Assembly: GCF_006345805.1 (NCBI RefSeq) | Contig: NW_021834283.1 | Coordinates: 3,619-67,618 of the forward strand | DNA: 64,000 bases | DNA from: Octopus sinensis | Taxonomy: Eukaryota | Direction: 5' to 3' | Shown here: positions 24,241-36,699 of the stretch, in pieces | Layout of the letters: each line of letters opens with the position of its first letter | Position numbering within the stretch: the first letter of the stretch is position 1 | The notes under the pieces: generated by a model | Database searches by the model: none | What the model saw: only the letters and a program-made list of their open reading frames with translations | Told to the model about the DNA's origin: nothing | Position numbers and translations under genes: made by a program

Positions 24241-24738
24241 ATTTCTAAATCTCTTAAAAGGAGACTACGGTAGCAGTAATGGGTATTAATAGTTATCGCC
24301 AAGCTAACATGGCAGTCCAGAAAAATAGGACGAATGCTGCCGTTGATTAGCTCCAAGAGGCCATCGCCTCTAGCTAGCTACGTGACACACAAACCTATGT
24401 CCATTAGTCTCCTTTAGAGAGATTTAGAAATAATAATATTTCTAATTTTGAAAACCAGTGGATGTGTTCCACTGAATATATATAAGCCTTCGAACAGACA
24501 GTCAAGAGCGACCCCTGCTGGGTTCAGTTACTCCACATTGATGAAGGGCAAATACTTTGAAACTAGTCTGTGGTTGTCTGAACCAGTATGAGGAAGCGGC
24601 TGACCTCCCCTTTTCGAAGGTTGTAATGGACACAGGTTTGTGTGTCACATAGATAGCTGGAGGCCATCGCCTCTTGGAGCTAATCAACGGCAGCATTCGT
24701 CCTATTTTTCTGGACTGCCCTGTTAGCTTGGCGATAAC
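24241..24738. mobile_element. Penelope-like pseudo-LTR fragment with nested inverted repeats
   Basis: Arms 24292-24406 and 24624-24738 are inverted copies; a second IR at 24241-24267/24405-24431; hammerhead between the arms. Confidence 0.6.
24521..24584 (+). ncRNA. Type I hammerhead ribozyme motif (C3U variant)
   Basis: GGUUCAG-UUACU-CCACA-UUGAUGA-AGGGCAAAUACUUU-GAAA-CUAG-UC|UGUGG-UUGU-CUGAACC. Helix I is 5+7 bp with an internal loop. Confidence 0.75.
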
Positions 24739-24761
24739 CATATATATATATATATATGGTT

Positions 24762-24792
<31 letters not shown>

Positions 24793-24793
24793 C

Positions 24794-24850
<57 letters not shown>

Positions 24851-24861
24851 TCATCATCATC

Positions 24862-25185
24862 ATCATCTATGTAGACGTGTCCATGCTAGAATGGGTGACG
24901 GTCAACTGGGGTTCTGGGGAGCCGAAGGCTGCACAAGGGCATAAGATTTACATGGGTTTTACAGCTGGAACCATTCTAACGCCAACCACTCCGAGAGGTA
25001 GTGGGTGATTTATGTGCACCGACACAGTGCCAGACGAGGTGGCGAAACGGCCACGACTTAGGATGGTGTTTTATGTGCCACCGACCAGGTGCCAGACGAG
25101 CAGAGGCCACGCTATGTAGTTTTTATGTCCGACACAGGTTGCCAGATGAGGCGGCGGAAACCACGATCGATGGTGTTTGTTACTC
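24862..25185 (-). mobile_element. Degenerate SINE-like element with (GAT)n tail and internal 50-60 bp tandem units
   Basis: Adjoins the (CAT)n tract. Three related units tttatgtgccaccgacacag(g)tgccagacgag... at 25005-25180. Confidence 0.55.
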
Positions 25186-25576
25186 CCCAAAATAGATATA
25201 CTATATATATAAATGCATTACATAATGAGATACTTCGAATGTACTATATGCATGAGATACATACATAGACTACATACATACAAGCAAAAACCCTATTGTG
25301 ATTGTTGAAATCCAATGAAGGAGCTTAGAATCTAGGTTGAAACCGGATTCTTCCTACTATGGCAAGAAATCTTGAATAATGGCATACATTCATATACACG
25401 CAACACATATATATCATATTATTACAAACAAGAAGAATGGAGAAAGAAAATCTGTTTATTACATCAATTCTCAATTGTTTCAACTGAATTCGATCTCATC
25501 ACTCTTGCTATATTATGTAATAATACATGCAAGTATTGATTCTTAAGGTGTCACTGAAATTATATATATATATATA

Positions 25577-25970
25577 GTAGCAGCATCGCCCGGCGTTGCT
25601 CGGGTTTGTAAGGGAAATAACTATATAAGCATTTTTAGAGAGTTATAGCCAAAAAATAGCAAAAAAATGCATAAAAAATGGAAAAAAAATATGGTAAATT
25701 TTATTTTAAATCGTTGACTCATCGTAGACATTTTTAGAGAGTTACTTCCCTTATATAATAGCGAAAAAATGCATTAAAATGGAAAAAAATGATGGTAAAT
25801 TTTTTAAAAAATCGTAGACTCATCGTAGACGCGCGCTAATACCCAGAAGGGCTCGATATGAATCACGACTGTAAGATACCCGGTTTTGGTTAATATGCAC
25901 CGCAAAATGTGGGAGTAGTTAGGAATCTAATCGTAGGAGACAGACACACAACCTCTCTTTTATATAAAGA
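25577..25970 (-). mobile_element. Non-autonomous Helitron
   Basis: Minus strand starts TCtttatataaaa (A|TC) and ends with the cccgagcaacgccggg hairpin then CTAC (variant of CTAG). Internal direct repeat of about 100 bp. Confidence 0.75.
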
Positions 25971-25993
25971 TATATATACACAAATATATGTAA

Positions 25994-26037
<44 letters not shown>

Positions 26038-26324
26038 CACACACACACACAAATATGTAAGTGTATATATATATATATATTTATGTATATACATACACAC
26101 ATACATACAATGCACATACATATACATATGCGCGCACATACATCAGATTCGCACATCTGAAGACGATTTATTCATTTCCTCGCTACACCAAATTTTCCTC
26201 GCGTTCATCCAAGCGAGAAACGTACTACTTAACGGAATAACAAAATGTGTTGAACAAGATGTGGTGAAATGCATCATTAGACACGAATGAATAAATATAC
26301 TACACTAAATGTAACTAACCGGTA

Positions 26325-26635
26325 CTCCGTCGGTTACGACGACGAGGGTACCAGTTGATCCGATCTAGAGAACAGCCAGCTTGTGGAATTAACGTGCAAG
26401 TGGCTGAGACCTCCACAGACACCCGCTCCCTTAATGTAGTTCTCTGAAAAATTTCAGCGTGATACAGAAAGTGACAAGGCTGATCCTTCGAAATACAGAC
26501 ACAACACAGTTTTGTCAGCTGAGCCAGAGGGAAGAACCTGGAATAAAGTGTCTTGCTCAACGCGCCACCAGGAACCGAACTCACGACCTTACGATCAGGA
26601 ACCAGTACCCTAACCTCTAAGCCACTCGCCTTCCT
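26325..26635 (-). mobile_element. SINE with family D-like head and family C type-1 tail
   Basis: actccgtcggttacgacgacgaggg tail; aataaagtgtcttgctcaa...taacctctaagccactcgcc head. Confidence 0.7.
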
Positions 26636-26639
26636 ATGT

Positions 26640-26938
26640 ACTCTCTTACTCTTTACTCTTTTACTTGTTTCAGTTATTTGACTGCGGCCATGCTGGAGCA
26701 CCGCCTTCAGTCGAGCAAATCGGCCCCACGACTTATTCTTTTTAAGCCTAGTACTTATTCTATCGGTTTCTCTTGTCGAACTACTAAGTTACGGGGACGT
26801 AAACACACCAACATCGGTTGTCAAGCGATGTTGGGGGACAAACACAGACACACAAACATGCACACACACACACAACACACGCACGCACACACACAGACAC
26901 ACAGACACAGACACACACACAGACACACAGACACACAG

Positions 26939-26969
<31 letters not shown>

Positions 26970-26971
26970 AC

Positions 26972-27008
<37 letters not shown>

Positions 27009-27140
27009 CGACGGGCTTCTTTCAGTTTCCGTCTACCAAATCCACTCACAAGGCTTTGGTCGGCCCGAGGCTATAGTAGAAGACACTTGCCTAAGGTGCC
27101 ACGCAGTGGGAATGAACCCGAAACCATGTGGTTGGTAAGC
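26640..27140 (-). mobile_element. SINE family B
   Basis: cttttacttgtttcagttatttgactgcggccatgctggagcaccgcc ... ccatgtggttggtaagc. Confidence 0.88.
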
Positions 27141-27974
27141 AAGCAACTAATTCGCTCTTCTCGGCGCATACATTGGCGCAGGCTTGGCTGTGTGGCTGAG
27201 AAGCTCGCTTTCAAATCACCGGGATTCGGATTTCGGATTTCGAATTGTGATATTGGTTGGATCTCAAAACAGAAATCCCTAAATTAGCTTAGAGTCATCA
27301 TCACTGCAGGACTGTATTAATGTCGTCGTGAGAGGGTTACAGCTTTAATTTACCGTCGTAAATACCAATTGGAAAAGGGCTGAATAAAAAAAAAGTAAAT
27401 AAAAAAAAATTGGCTTTAATATCAGTAAAATTTGTTGACTGCCAATTTCTCATCAATTATCGATATTAATTACCCATTTGTTTGTCGAAAGTTTCTATTA
27501 AACGCAGGATGCCAGGTTTTACCGATTTAACATCGGTCTCATCGAAATGACCTTTATATATGTAGGCGTAAACATGTGTTCACTCACCACCGCGCACGTA
27601 AACATACTCAAAGTATTCACACATACATTCTTACTTCCTTTCTTTCTCCTTTTTCTTCTTTATCTCTGTCTCATTCGTTGCTTTCTCTCAATCTCTCTCT
27701 CTGTGCCACACACATACACCCACACATGTGTGTGTATGTATATATAATATATATTATATATATCTTATATATATATATATATATATATATGCTCGCAGCT
27801 TAGTTTTTATTGGGGCTGGCCGTGTCGGAGCAATATCAGGATTAATCAGCCGAAATTTGCTACGATGATCCGGTTTCTGACTGAAGATTAAAGGCTTCGA
27901 ATGACCCATCCGTTTATTGTGTTCGTCTCTTGTGTATTTCACGTTCTTGTTTTTTTATATATAATTTTTATACC

Positions 27975-28005
<31 letters not shown>

Positions 28006-28046
28006 ATATATATAATATACTTTATTTTAAGCAGCAGAAAATTCAA

Positions 28047-28096
28047 CAAAATCTGTTACTCTGAGTTTCTCGTTGCCGTTCATCAGACAGTTTTTG
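28047..28096 (-). ncRNA. Minimal type I hammerhead
   Basis: CAAAAACUGU-CUGAUGA-ACG(GCAA)CGA-GAAA-CUCAGAG-UA|ACAGAUUUUG; helix I pairs 9/10. Confidence 0.75.
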
Positions 28097-28203
28097 CTAG
28101 AATGGAACCTATATCAATTCCTATATATAGGATTGATATATCGGTTCCATTCTAGCAAACTGTCTGATGAACGATAGGAATTGATATATCGGTTCCATTC
28201 TAG

Positions 28204-28253
28204 CAAAAACTGTCTGATGAACGGCAACGAGAAACTCAGAGTAACTGATTTTG
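28204..28253 (+). ncRNA. Minimal type I hammerhead (inverted partner)
   Basis: Same motif on the plus strand, with one extra helix I mismatch (ACUG). Confidence 0.7.
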
Positions 28254-28361
28254 TTGAATTTTCTGCTGCTTAAAATAAAGCATATTACTCTACCACTGGT
28301 ATTTGAGTACTCTTTTTCCACCTTGTTTCACATTTATGTGTTTACTCCGGTATATATATAT

Positions 28362-28401
<40 letters not shown>

Positions 28402-28618
28402 ATATATAATATATATGATATAATATATATATAATATGCTCGCAGCTTAGTTTTTATTGGGGCTGGCCGGTTCGGAGCAATATCAGGATTAATCAGCCGA
28501 AATTTGCTACGATGATCCGGTTTCTGACTGAAGATTAAAGGCTTCGAATGACCCATCCGTTATGTGTTCGTCTCTTTGTGTATTTCACGTTCTTGTTTTT
28601 TTATATATAATTTTTATA

Positions 28619-28666
<48 letters not shown>

Positions 28667-28698
28667 ATACTTTATTTTAAGCAGCACAGAAAATTCAA

Positions 28699-28747
28699 CA
28701 AAATCTGTTACTCTGAGTTCTCGTTGCCGTTCATCAGACAGTTTTTG
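28699..28747 (-). ncRNA. Minimal hammerhead in the duplicated unit; GAAA lacks one A
   Basis: ctgttactctgagttc-tcgttgccgttcatcagacag. Confidence 0.55.
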
Positions 28748-28858
28748 CTAGAATGGAACGATATATCAATTCCTATATATAGGATTGATTATCGGTTCCA
28801 TTCTAGCAAAAACTGTCTGATGAACGATAGGAATTGATATATCGGTTCCATTATTTAG

Positions 28859-28908
28859 CAAAAACTGTCTGATGAACGGCAACGAGAAACTCAGAGTAAC
28901 TGATTTTG
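28859..28908 (+). ncRNA. Minimal hammerhead in the duplicated unit
   Basis: caaaaactgtctgatgaacggcaacgagaaactcagagtaactgattttg. Confidence 0.7.
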
Positions 28909-29017
28909 TTGAATTTCTCGCTCTTAAAAAAAGCATACTTATTACTCTACCACTGGTATTTGAGTATCTTTTCCCACCTTGTTTCACATTTATGTGTTTA
29001 CTCCGGTATATATATAT

Positions 29018-29084
<67 letters not shown>

Positions 29085-29304
29085 GTATATACGCATATAC
29101 ATATATATGTACATATATATGTATGTGTATGTACATATGTATATATATTTATATATCCACATGTAAACAGACACACACACTCATATACATGTATGTATCT
29201 ACACAGAGATGCCCCCACACATATAAAAGTACTTAGGGTGCACAACGTGTTACTATTGATAAGAAGTTTTATATATTATACGTGTGTGTGTGTATGCATA
29301 CACC

Positions 29305-29567
29305 ATGATCACCGAGACCGACCAGGCTATCAGATGTTGCGACACATCACTGGTCACAATGCGCTTCACATTGTTTTAGCCTTCAAATGACGCCACCCCG
29401 CTGGTTAAGCGAGCAGGCCAACAGAAGAAAGAGTGAGAGAAAGTTGTGGCGAAAGAGTACAGCAGAGATCGCCACCACTCCCTGTCGGAGCCTCGTGGAG
29501 CTTTAGGTGTTTTCGCTCAATAAACACTCACAATGCCCGGTCTGGGAATCGAAACCGCGATCCTACG
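29305..29567 (-). mobile_element. SINE family C, tail type 4
   Basis: Shared central block plus tail ...ccttcaaatgacgccaccccgctgg, also at 60190-60310(+). Confidence 0.85.
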
Positions 29568-31431
29568 TATGTAATGTATGTGAAAGTGTGTATACAGATA
29601 AATGTATAAATGCATATTTAGTGGAGTTTAAATATTTTGTATTGGTAGTTTATGGTTTATATCTGCCTTACTAAATGTTTCACAGACATGTGTGATCATC
29701 CAGATGTGATTTTATGCGATGAAGTGGCTGAGAGTTCTAAAGATGGTTGATTGTCATTAGGCGATGTGTAAAGTTCGTTTCTGTTAGTTCTGGCTACGTG
29801 ATGGGACTAGCATTTTAACGTTTACTCAAGTGCTTTATATTTAATGAATGCTGTGTGTGTATTGCTGTGTGATTGCTGAAGGGAGGACAACGTTGACAAT
29901 AGGTAAGATCAGTCTTCGTTGTTTTCATTAGAAATTACAGTTAAAAATACTAAACCTAATGGTCTAAAATTAGTCAGTAGAGAGCTTCATTGATGATTGC
30001 ATTATGAAAGGAAAGTTCAGTCTGCTTGTTAAGAAATACCACGGGATATTGCAATATGTGCAATCTCTTCATATTCATATTCATATTATCTGCCCCAACA
30101 GATAAAAAATTTTCACCGACAAAACACAGTAGTTTCGCTCATTATGCATCCTGGTCTAATTAGGAAGTGTCTCGGATAGTATGTTCAAAGTTATGTCGGG
30201 CATGTAATTTCTTTGGTTTTAAAGTTTTCAGTTAAAGCAGGACCGGGAGGGACATACATTGTCAGTGGACCCGAAATAGTATGTATGCTGATTAAAACCT
30301 CTCTTGAAAATGCTATTTGTGAGACCTGTGTATTTATTCAGGGTGCCATAAAGTAGAATGAGGCTCACCTTGTAAGCCACTAAATAAGAAAAACAGAATA
30401 TCCTCAGTGGTTAAACGTAATGATTTCAGAAGTTACAGGTGAGTGCTTGGGATAGTGGCGGCGTAGGTAGATGCTTTTCCTTCTTAATAACGTTGGATGT
30501 TGAAAGCGATGCTGTCTAGACTGGAAAACCAGCTTTAACCTTATGAACATTGAAAAACTTATGGTATTTATGTGTGCAAATCAGATCCCAAACTGACCTC
30601 ATATGCAATGACTGTGGTCGTATTACTTTCAAAAGCCAGTTTTGTTAAACATGAGTGATCAAATGTCGAGAGACAAACAGAAAATTCTACATCGTAGTTT
30701 CGTCTTCTCTGTGAGTAATAACTCAAGAGGCTGAGGACAAACGATAATTTGTTTCCTCGTTCTGAACGACCTCATAATATTTCTTACCAGTCTTCTCCAC
30801 ATCGTTGCTATCTTAGTAATGTATAAATGAAATGATGCATCATTACAAACACTGACTGTCCTATATATCCTGATTGCGGTGTATTTATGGGCTGACAGTG
30901 AAGAGCTTGAAATTTTCTACCTCACCACACAAGCACACACACACACACGCACACACACACACACGCACACACACACACACACACGCACACACGCACACAC
31001 ACACGCACGCACACACACACAGTACGCACGCGCGCACCACACACACACACACACACACACCACACACACACACACACAGTAGTAACTGTAAGCAGTGTCG
31101 AGAGGTGAACAAACTTTAGGTTAGTTCAAATATGTCTGTGGTATATTTCAGTTTCGAGACAAAAATCGCTGCAATTTACCATCAAGATACGAATTCTCTT
31201 TTATGGTAAAAGATGTGAAAACTCCTTATCTGCACAGTTTCGCCCAGTATCAGTTTCTGGCACTTTAGTCTTCTTCAGTAGGAGATACCTAAACGAAATA
31301 ATCCTGGACAATACGGAATGGAATATTCCGCAACTACTGCTCTTAGCGGACAACCCGAACTGTTAACAGAAATATGGTAGACTCAACAAACATAATCGAT
31401 AACTTAGATTGTTTCTTTGTTTTTGTATTTT

Positions 31432-31657
31432 TTTACTCGTTTCAGTCGTTTGACTGCGGCCATGCTGGAGCACTGCCTTTAGTCGAGCAAATCGACCCAG
31501 GACTTATTCTTTGGAAGCCTAGTACTTATTCTATCGGTCAGTTTTGCCGAACCGCTAAGTTACGGGTACGTAAACACACCTGCATCGGTTGTCAAACGAT
31601 GTTGGGGGGGACAAACACAGACACACAACACACACACACACACACACACACTCACAC

Positions 31658-31695
<38 letters not shown>

Positions 31696-31860
31696 ATGAC
31701 GGGCTTCTTTCAGTTTCCGTCTACCAAATCTACTCACAAGGCTTTGGTCGGCCCGAGGCTATAGTAGAAGACAATTTGCCTAAAGTACCACGCAGTGGGA
31801 CTGAACCCAGAACCATGTGGTTGGTAAGCAAGCTACTTACCACACAGCCACTCCTTCGCC
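31432..31860 (-). mobile_element. SINE family B, full length
   Basis: Tail, (CA)n and head in reverse orientation. Confidence 0.88.
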
Positions 31861-32277
31861 TATAATATACAGTCTTTCTCATTTGGTTTCCAATATGGTA
31901 TGCGATATCAGTACTCGACTTATGAAAGTGTAGAAAGTATCCTTAGATAATGGTATTTCTTTCTTGCTGTGCATGGGCTAACTTTTGGTACAATTTTATA
32001 GGAAGTTGTAAAAACTAGGCGTTTTGTTCCTTTTTTATTTTTGGCTCTTTCCATTTTCCAGTGAAATTTTCGATAGCTTTTTATCGGTTGTGTCATTGAC
32101 TTTGCGTGGCATCTGTAATGGCCTTTCATTGTTTTCTGTGCTTAAAAAATCTTACTTCTGAAACTCAATTTGTGTTTTGCCTTGTCACCATTCACTCTTA
32201 CACGAACTGCATTAACGAGACACTTGAAGATTTCTTCACATCGTTCAAGTCCAATGTGGAACACACATGCTACCTTG

Positions 32278-32321
<44 letters not shown>

Positions 32322-32664
32322 ACGTACAACAGTTTAGTTTTCTATTTTAATAATTAGCTAAATTTTTTTATCTAAATACATTTCCTGTGTCCAACAGTCT
32401 GAACGATAAGACATTTTTCAATATCTTTTAAAATGTCACTATTTCCACATGTAGCCCTCAAGGTGAAACACCAGCATATGTAAACTCAGCATTTTCAAGG
32501 AATTCGTTCTTCGTTACTGCTGTATGCTTTCTCTAATGTCTGCTGTTTAAAGCAGCGGTTCCAACCATTTTTGTTACGTATGGATTCCTCTTTCATTCCT
32601 ATTTTACTCTTCTAGATCGTCATGGCCATTTGATGTTAAAAAAAAATCTTAATAAAAATCTCTT

Positions 32665-32945
32665 TTACTTGTTTCAGTCATTAGACTGCGGCCATGTTGG
32701 GGCACCGCCTTGAAGAATTTTTAGTCAAGGGAATCAATCTCAGTTCATTTTTTGAGAACCTGGTACTTATTCTATCGGTCTTTTAGGTAAACCGGTAAGT
32801 TACAGGGAATAAACACAGCAACCCCAACAAACGGTAGTGGGGGACGAACACAGACACAAGACATACGCACAGACACACACACATGCATACATACACACAT
32901 ACACACTCACACACATATATAAATTTACATATACATACATACATA

Positions 32946-32978
<33 letters not shown>

Positions 32979-33135
32979 CGGCGGGCTTCTCTCAGTTTCT
33001 GTCTACCAAATCCACTCACAATGCTTTGGTCGGCCTGACGCTATAGTAGAAAACACCTACCCAGGGTGCCACGCAGTGGAACTGAACCTGAAACCATGTG
33101 GATGAGAAACAAACTTTTTACCACACAGCCACGTC
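32665..33135 (-). mobile_element. SINE family B
   Basis: cttgtttcagtcattagactgcggccatg ... ttaccacacagccacg. Confidence 0.85.
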
Positions 33136-34129
33136 TGATTTTTTTGGGGTTTTGACAGATTTTGTTTTTGTTGTTTTTTCATGAAGGTCGATACATTCTC
33201 AGTTTGAGTTTTGATTCGTTCGAAACTTTGCAACAGAATCAATAATTTTCTTCCTGTAACAGAAAAACGGATTAACTAGGAAAGTGAATAAACTCTACGG
33301 AAATTCTAAACATTGATTTAAAACTTAGTTAATGTTATATTTCTCCGTGCCACTGGCAATAACAAGTAATTTATGACTAGCCTTAAGCATGGATATTCAA
33401 TTAAGTACAATTAAATATTCAAAAAAACAAAATTATCTAATTTTACCATTGGTGAAAGTTCCAGCTTTCGGATGCTGTTTATCTAAACTCTACTAACTTG
33501 GCTTCTCTTGTATTCCTCAGGATGAAACTTCGTGTATTGAACATCAATATTCAGGTGCAAGCGTGGGTATGTGGTTAAGAAAGTTGTTTTGCAACCACGT
33601 GGTCTCAGGTTCAGTCCCACTGCGCGGTGGCACCTAGGACAAGTCTTTTCTACTATAACCGCAGGCAGACCAATACCTTGTGAGTGAATATTGCTAACGA
33701 AAAATGCGTAGAAGACCATTGTGTTTGTGTGTGTGTGTGTGATGGGGTGTGTCTTCAGTTTTTAATCATTTAAACTCTTCTTCTGAAGAATGAGCTGGTT
33801 TCGAACAAAGTTACAAAGCTCCATTGGAATGTAGATAACGAAAACAATGTCACGCTTTAAACCTAAGAAAAGTCTTGCACATTTTTACCGTTCCGCTTAC
33901 AGATTATATTTATAATGTTCGAATCAGTTGGTTGATTTCTTTTTCTGAAAATGCAGTCTTATCCAAACTGATAGTTAAGCATTTACATACATACATACAT
34001 ACATATACATACATACATACATACGTGGCCGCATTCTAATGACCGAAACAAGTAAAAAATAAAAGAAAGAGAGAAAGAAAAAGTGGCTAAGAATTTTCAA
34101 ATCATTTGCCGGTGAAAATTTTTTATCCG

Positions 34130-34430
34130 TTGGGGCAGAGGTCATTTCCCCAGCTGATATGAATATCTCTTCGGAAATTAAATAGAAAATGGATGGATAA
34201 ATACGGACAACTGCTTCGAAATCTCCAACTTATAAATTCACATAATTATAAATTCATAGATTAGAAATTCACATTTATGTCTATAATGACTGGTGCATCT
34301 GGTATAGTGAGTAGATGCCTAAATGATAACTTAGATAAGCTGGGATTTTCAGGTAAACGAAATCAACCAATCAAATCGCTCTCCCTCATTAGAAATAGTC
34401 TGTAAATGGCATAGTAAAACATGAAAGAAT
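34130..34430 (+). mobile_element. Highly degenerate REL-endonuclease LINE C-terminal relic
   Basis: Broken translation EVISPADMNISSEIK...KYGQLLRNLQ...KFTFMSIMTGASGIVSRCLNDNLDKLGF resembles REL tails. Confidence 0.45.
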
Positions 34431-34559
34431 TTTCTCAAGTTTAGAATGTGATATGATGGAGCTTCGTATCTTTGTCAGCAACCGGCTCTTTCCTTAAAGG
34501 ATGGCTTTAAATAATTAAAAATAGAAGCGAACATACATACTTATCAACAGAAGGAATAT

Positions 34560-34920
34560 TACTCTCTTTTACTCTTTTACTTGTTTCAGTCATTTGACTG
34601 CAGCCATGCTGGAGCACCGCCTTTAATCGAGCAACTCGACCCCGGGGCTTATTCTTTGTAAGCCCAGTCTCTTTTGCCGAACCACTAAGTGACGGGGACA
34701 TAAACACACCAGCATCGGTTGTCAAGCAATGCTAGGGGGACAAACACAGACACACAAACATACACGCACACATATAAATACATATATACGACGGGCCTCC
34801 GTCCACCGAATCCACCCACAAAGCCTTAGTCGGCCCGGGGCTACAGTAGAAGACATTTGCCCAAGGTGCCACGCAGTGGGACTGAACCTGGAACCATGTG
34901 GTTGGCAAACAAGCTACAAC
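34560..34920 (-). mobile_element. SINE family B
   Basis: actcttttacttgtttcagtcatttgactgcagccatgctggagcaccgcc ... ggttggcaaacaagc. Confidence 0.85.
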
Positions 34921-35531
34921 AGACCTGATATAGTTGTTTGGGATTGAATAGACTGCTCAGCAAATCGGAACATTTCGTCTAGCATCAGCGAAAAGAACAT
35001 TTATGGATGACTGCTCTCGAAACCTGCAATTCCTCTATCCTGATTATAGATTTATTTGCATACTAGTACTTATTTATGAATTTGGTCATGTTACAATGAC
35101 TTTCATATTTTTCCTAATACATTTCGGCAGATTGAAACGCAAATATGCTATTAGCTGTTGTATTAGTCTCAGGGAAACAGCTCTCTTGTGTGTTTATAAC
35201 GCATAAATATGTGCTTATAAAAGATCAGCATTATAACACATATATCTTTATAACACACTAGAGTTATTAGTACTTTTAAATTATTAGGAATTCTGAAACA
35301 CCGTTTGGCAGATATCAGCACGGATCAGAAAATAAGTTTATTTGCTGAAATTATAAACAAGACCCTCGGCTCTTCCTAATGTCATTGTTCGGAGAAGTTT
35401 CTGACTAACGAGACAAAACGATGTCGAAACACCGGATGTCTCAGAACCCTTTGCATTAATGAATGGAGTGTAGCGTGAACACATTCGTCGTAAAAGCGGA
35501 GTTGTTCTTCTGTGACAAAGGAAGGAAGGAA

Positions 35532-35881
35532 TCACTCCGTCGGTTACGACGACGAGGGTTCCGGTTGATCCGAATCAACGGAACAGCCTGCTCGTGAAAT
35601 TAACGTGTAAGTGGCTGAGCACTCCACAGACACGTGTACCCTTAACGTAGTTCTCGGAGATATTCAGCGTGACACAGAGAGTGACAAGGCCGGCCCTTTG
35701 AAATACAGGTGCAACAGAAACAGGAAGTAAGAGTGAGAGAAAGTTTTGGTTAGAGAGTACAGCAGGGATCACCACCATCCCCTGCCGGAGCCTCGGTCTC
35801 ACAACGCCTGGTCTGGGAATCGAGACCGCGATCCTATGACCGTGAGTCCGCTGCCCTAACCACTGGGCCATTGCGCCTCCA
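35532..35881 (-). mobile_element. SINE family C, tail type 1
   Basis: cactccgtcggttacgacgacgagg ... ccactgggccattgcgcctcc. Confidence 0.88.
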
Positions 35882-36021
35882 CTCTGTGACAAAACACACC
35901 AGCGATTAGCCAGTTCCCGTTCAAATTAACCGGAACGTATTAAGAATATGCAAGTTAGCGTCGATTATCACTGCTTATCGTGTGTATGACGATTTATTAT
36001 TGGTTATTTTCTTTTATTTTT

Positions 36022-36395
36022 TCTTTTACTTGTTTCAGTCGTTTGACTGCGGCCATGCTGGAGCACCGCCTTTTAGTCGAGCAAATCGACCACAGGACTT
36101 ATTCGTTGTTAGCCTAGTACTTATTCTATCGGTCTCTTTTGCCGAACCGCTAAGTTACGGGACGTAAACACACCAGCATCGGTTGTCAAACGATCTTGGG
36201 GGGACAAACACAGACACACAAACATATACACACACATACATATATATATATACATATATACGACGGGCTTCTTTTCAGCTTCCGTCTACCAAATCCACTC
36301 ACAAGGCTTTGGTCGGCTCGAGGCTACAGTAGAAGACACTTGCCCAACAATGTGGTTGGTATGCAAGCTACTTACCACACAGCCACTCCTGCGCC
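36022..36395 (-). mobile_element. SINE family B
   Basis: Tail and head in reverse orientation. Confidence 0.85.
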
Positions 36396-36699
36396 TATGG
36401 CTATGTTAATAAATACTTCAATGACAATCTGTAAAAGTTAGGATCTTCAGGCAAACTAAAAGACATGATAAGACGCACTTTACAAATACTTTCCGTAATT
36501 GGTACCGTAAAAATATGCAAGATTTTTATAAACTTGAACATGTAATACCTATCAGTGTTTGGTATCCAAATTCTAACGATGGAACTTTATTTCTTTATTT
36601 GACACCAACGCCTTTTAGGAGGAATTCTATGTAGAAAGAATAATTCTTTCTAATTTTGGCACAAGGGCTGCAATTTGGAGGGAAGGTGAAGTTCAGCTC

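Larger units (their letters stand above)
27790..29100. repeat. Tandem duplication of about 650 bp; each unit holds a long inverted repeat
   Basis: Units start atgctcgcagcttag at about 27790 and 28437. IR centres ttcctatatatagga at about 28125 and 28776. Confidence 0.92.

Noticed and set aside
25005-25180. CAGACGA-GGUGGC-GAAA units as a ribozyme array or CRISPR-like repeat
   Set aside because: No NUH or helix I, no unique spacers, eukaryotic context; these are internal tandem repeats of a SINE-like element.
30735-30785. GAAA-CAAAU(UAUC)GUUUG-UC helix III on minus
   Set aside because: Core reads AUUAUGA and helix I does not pair.
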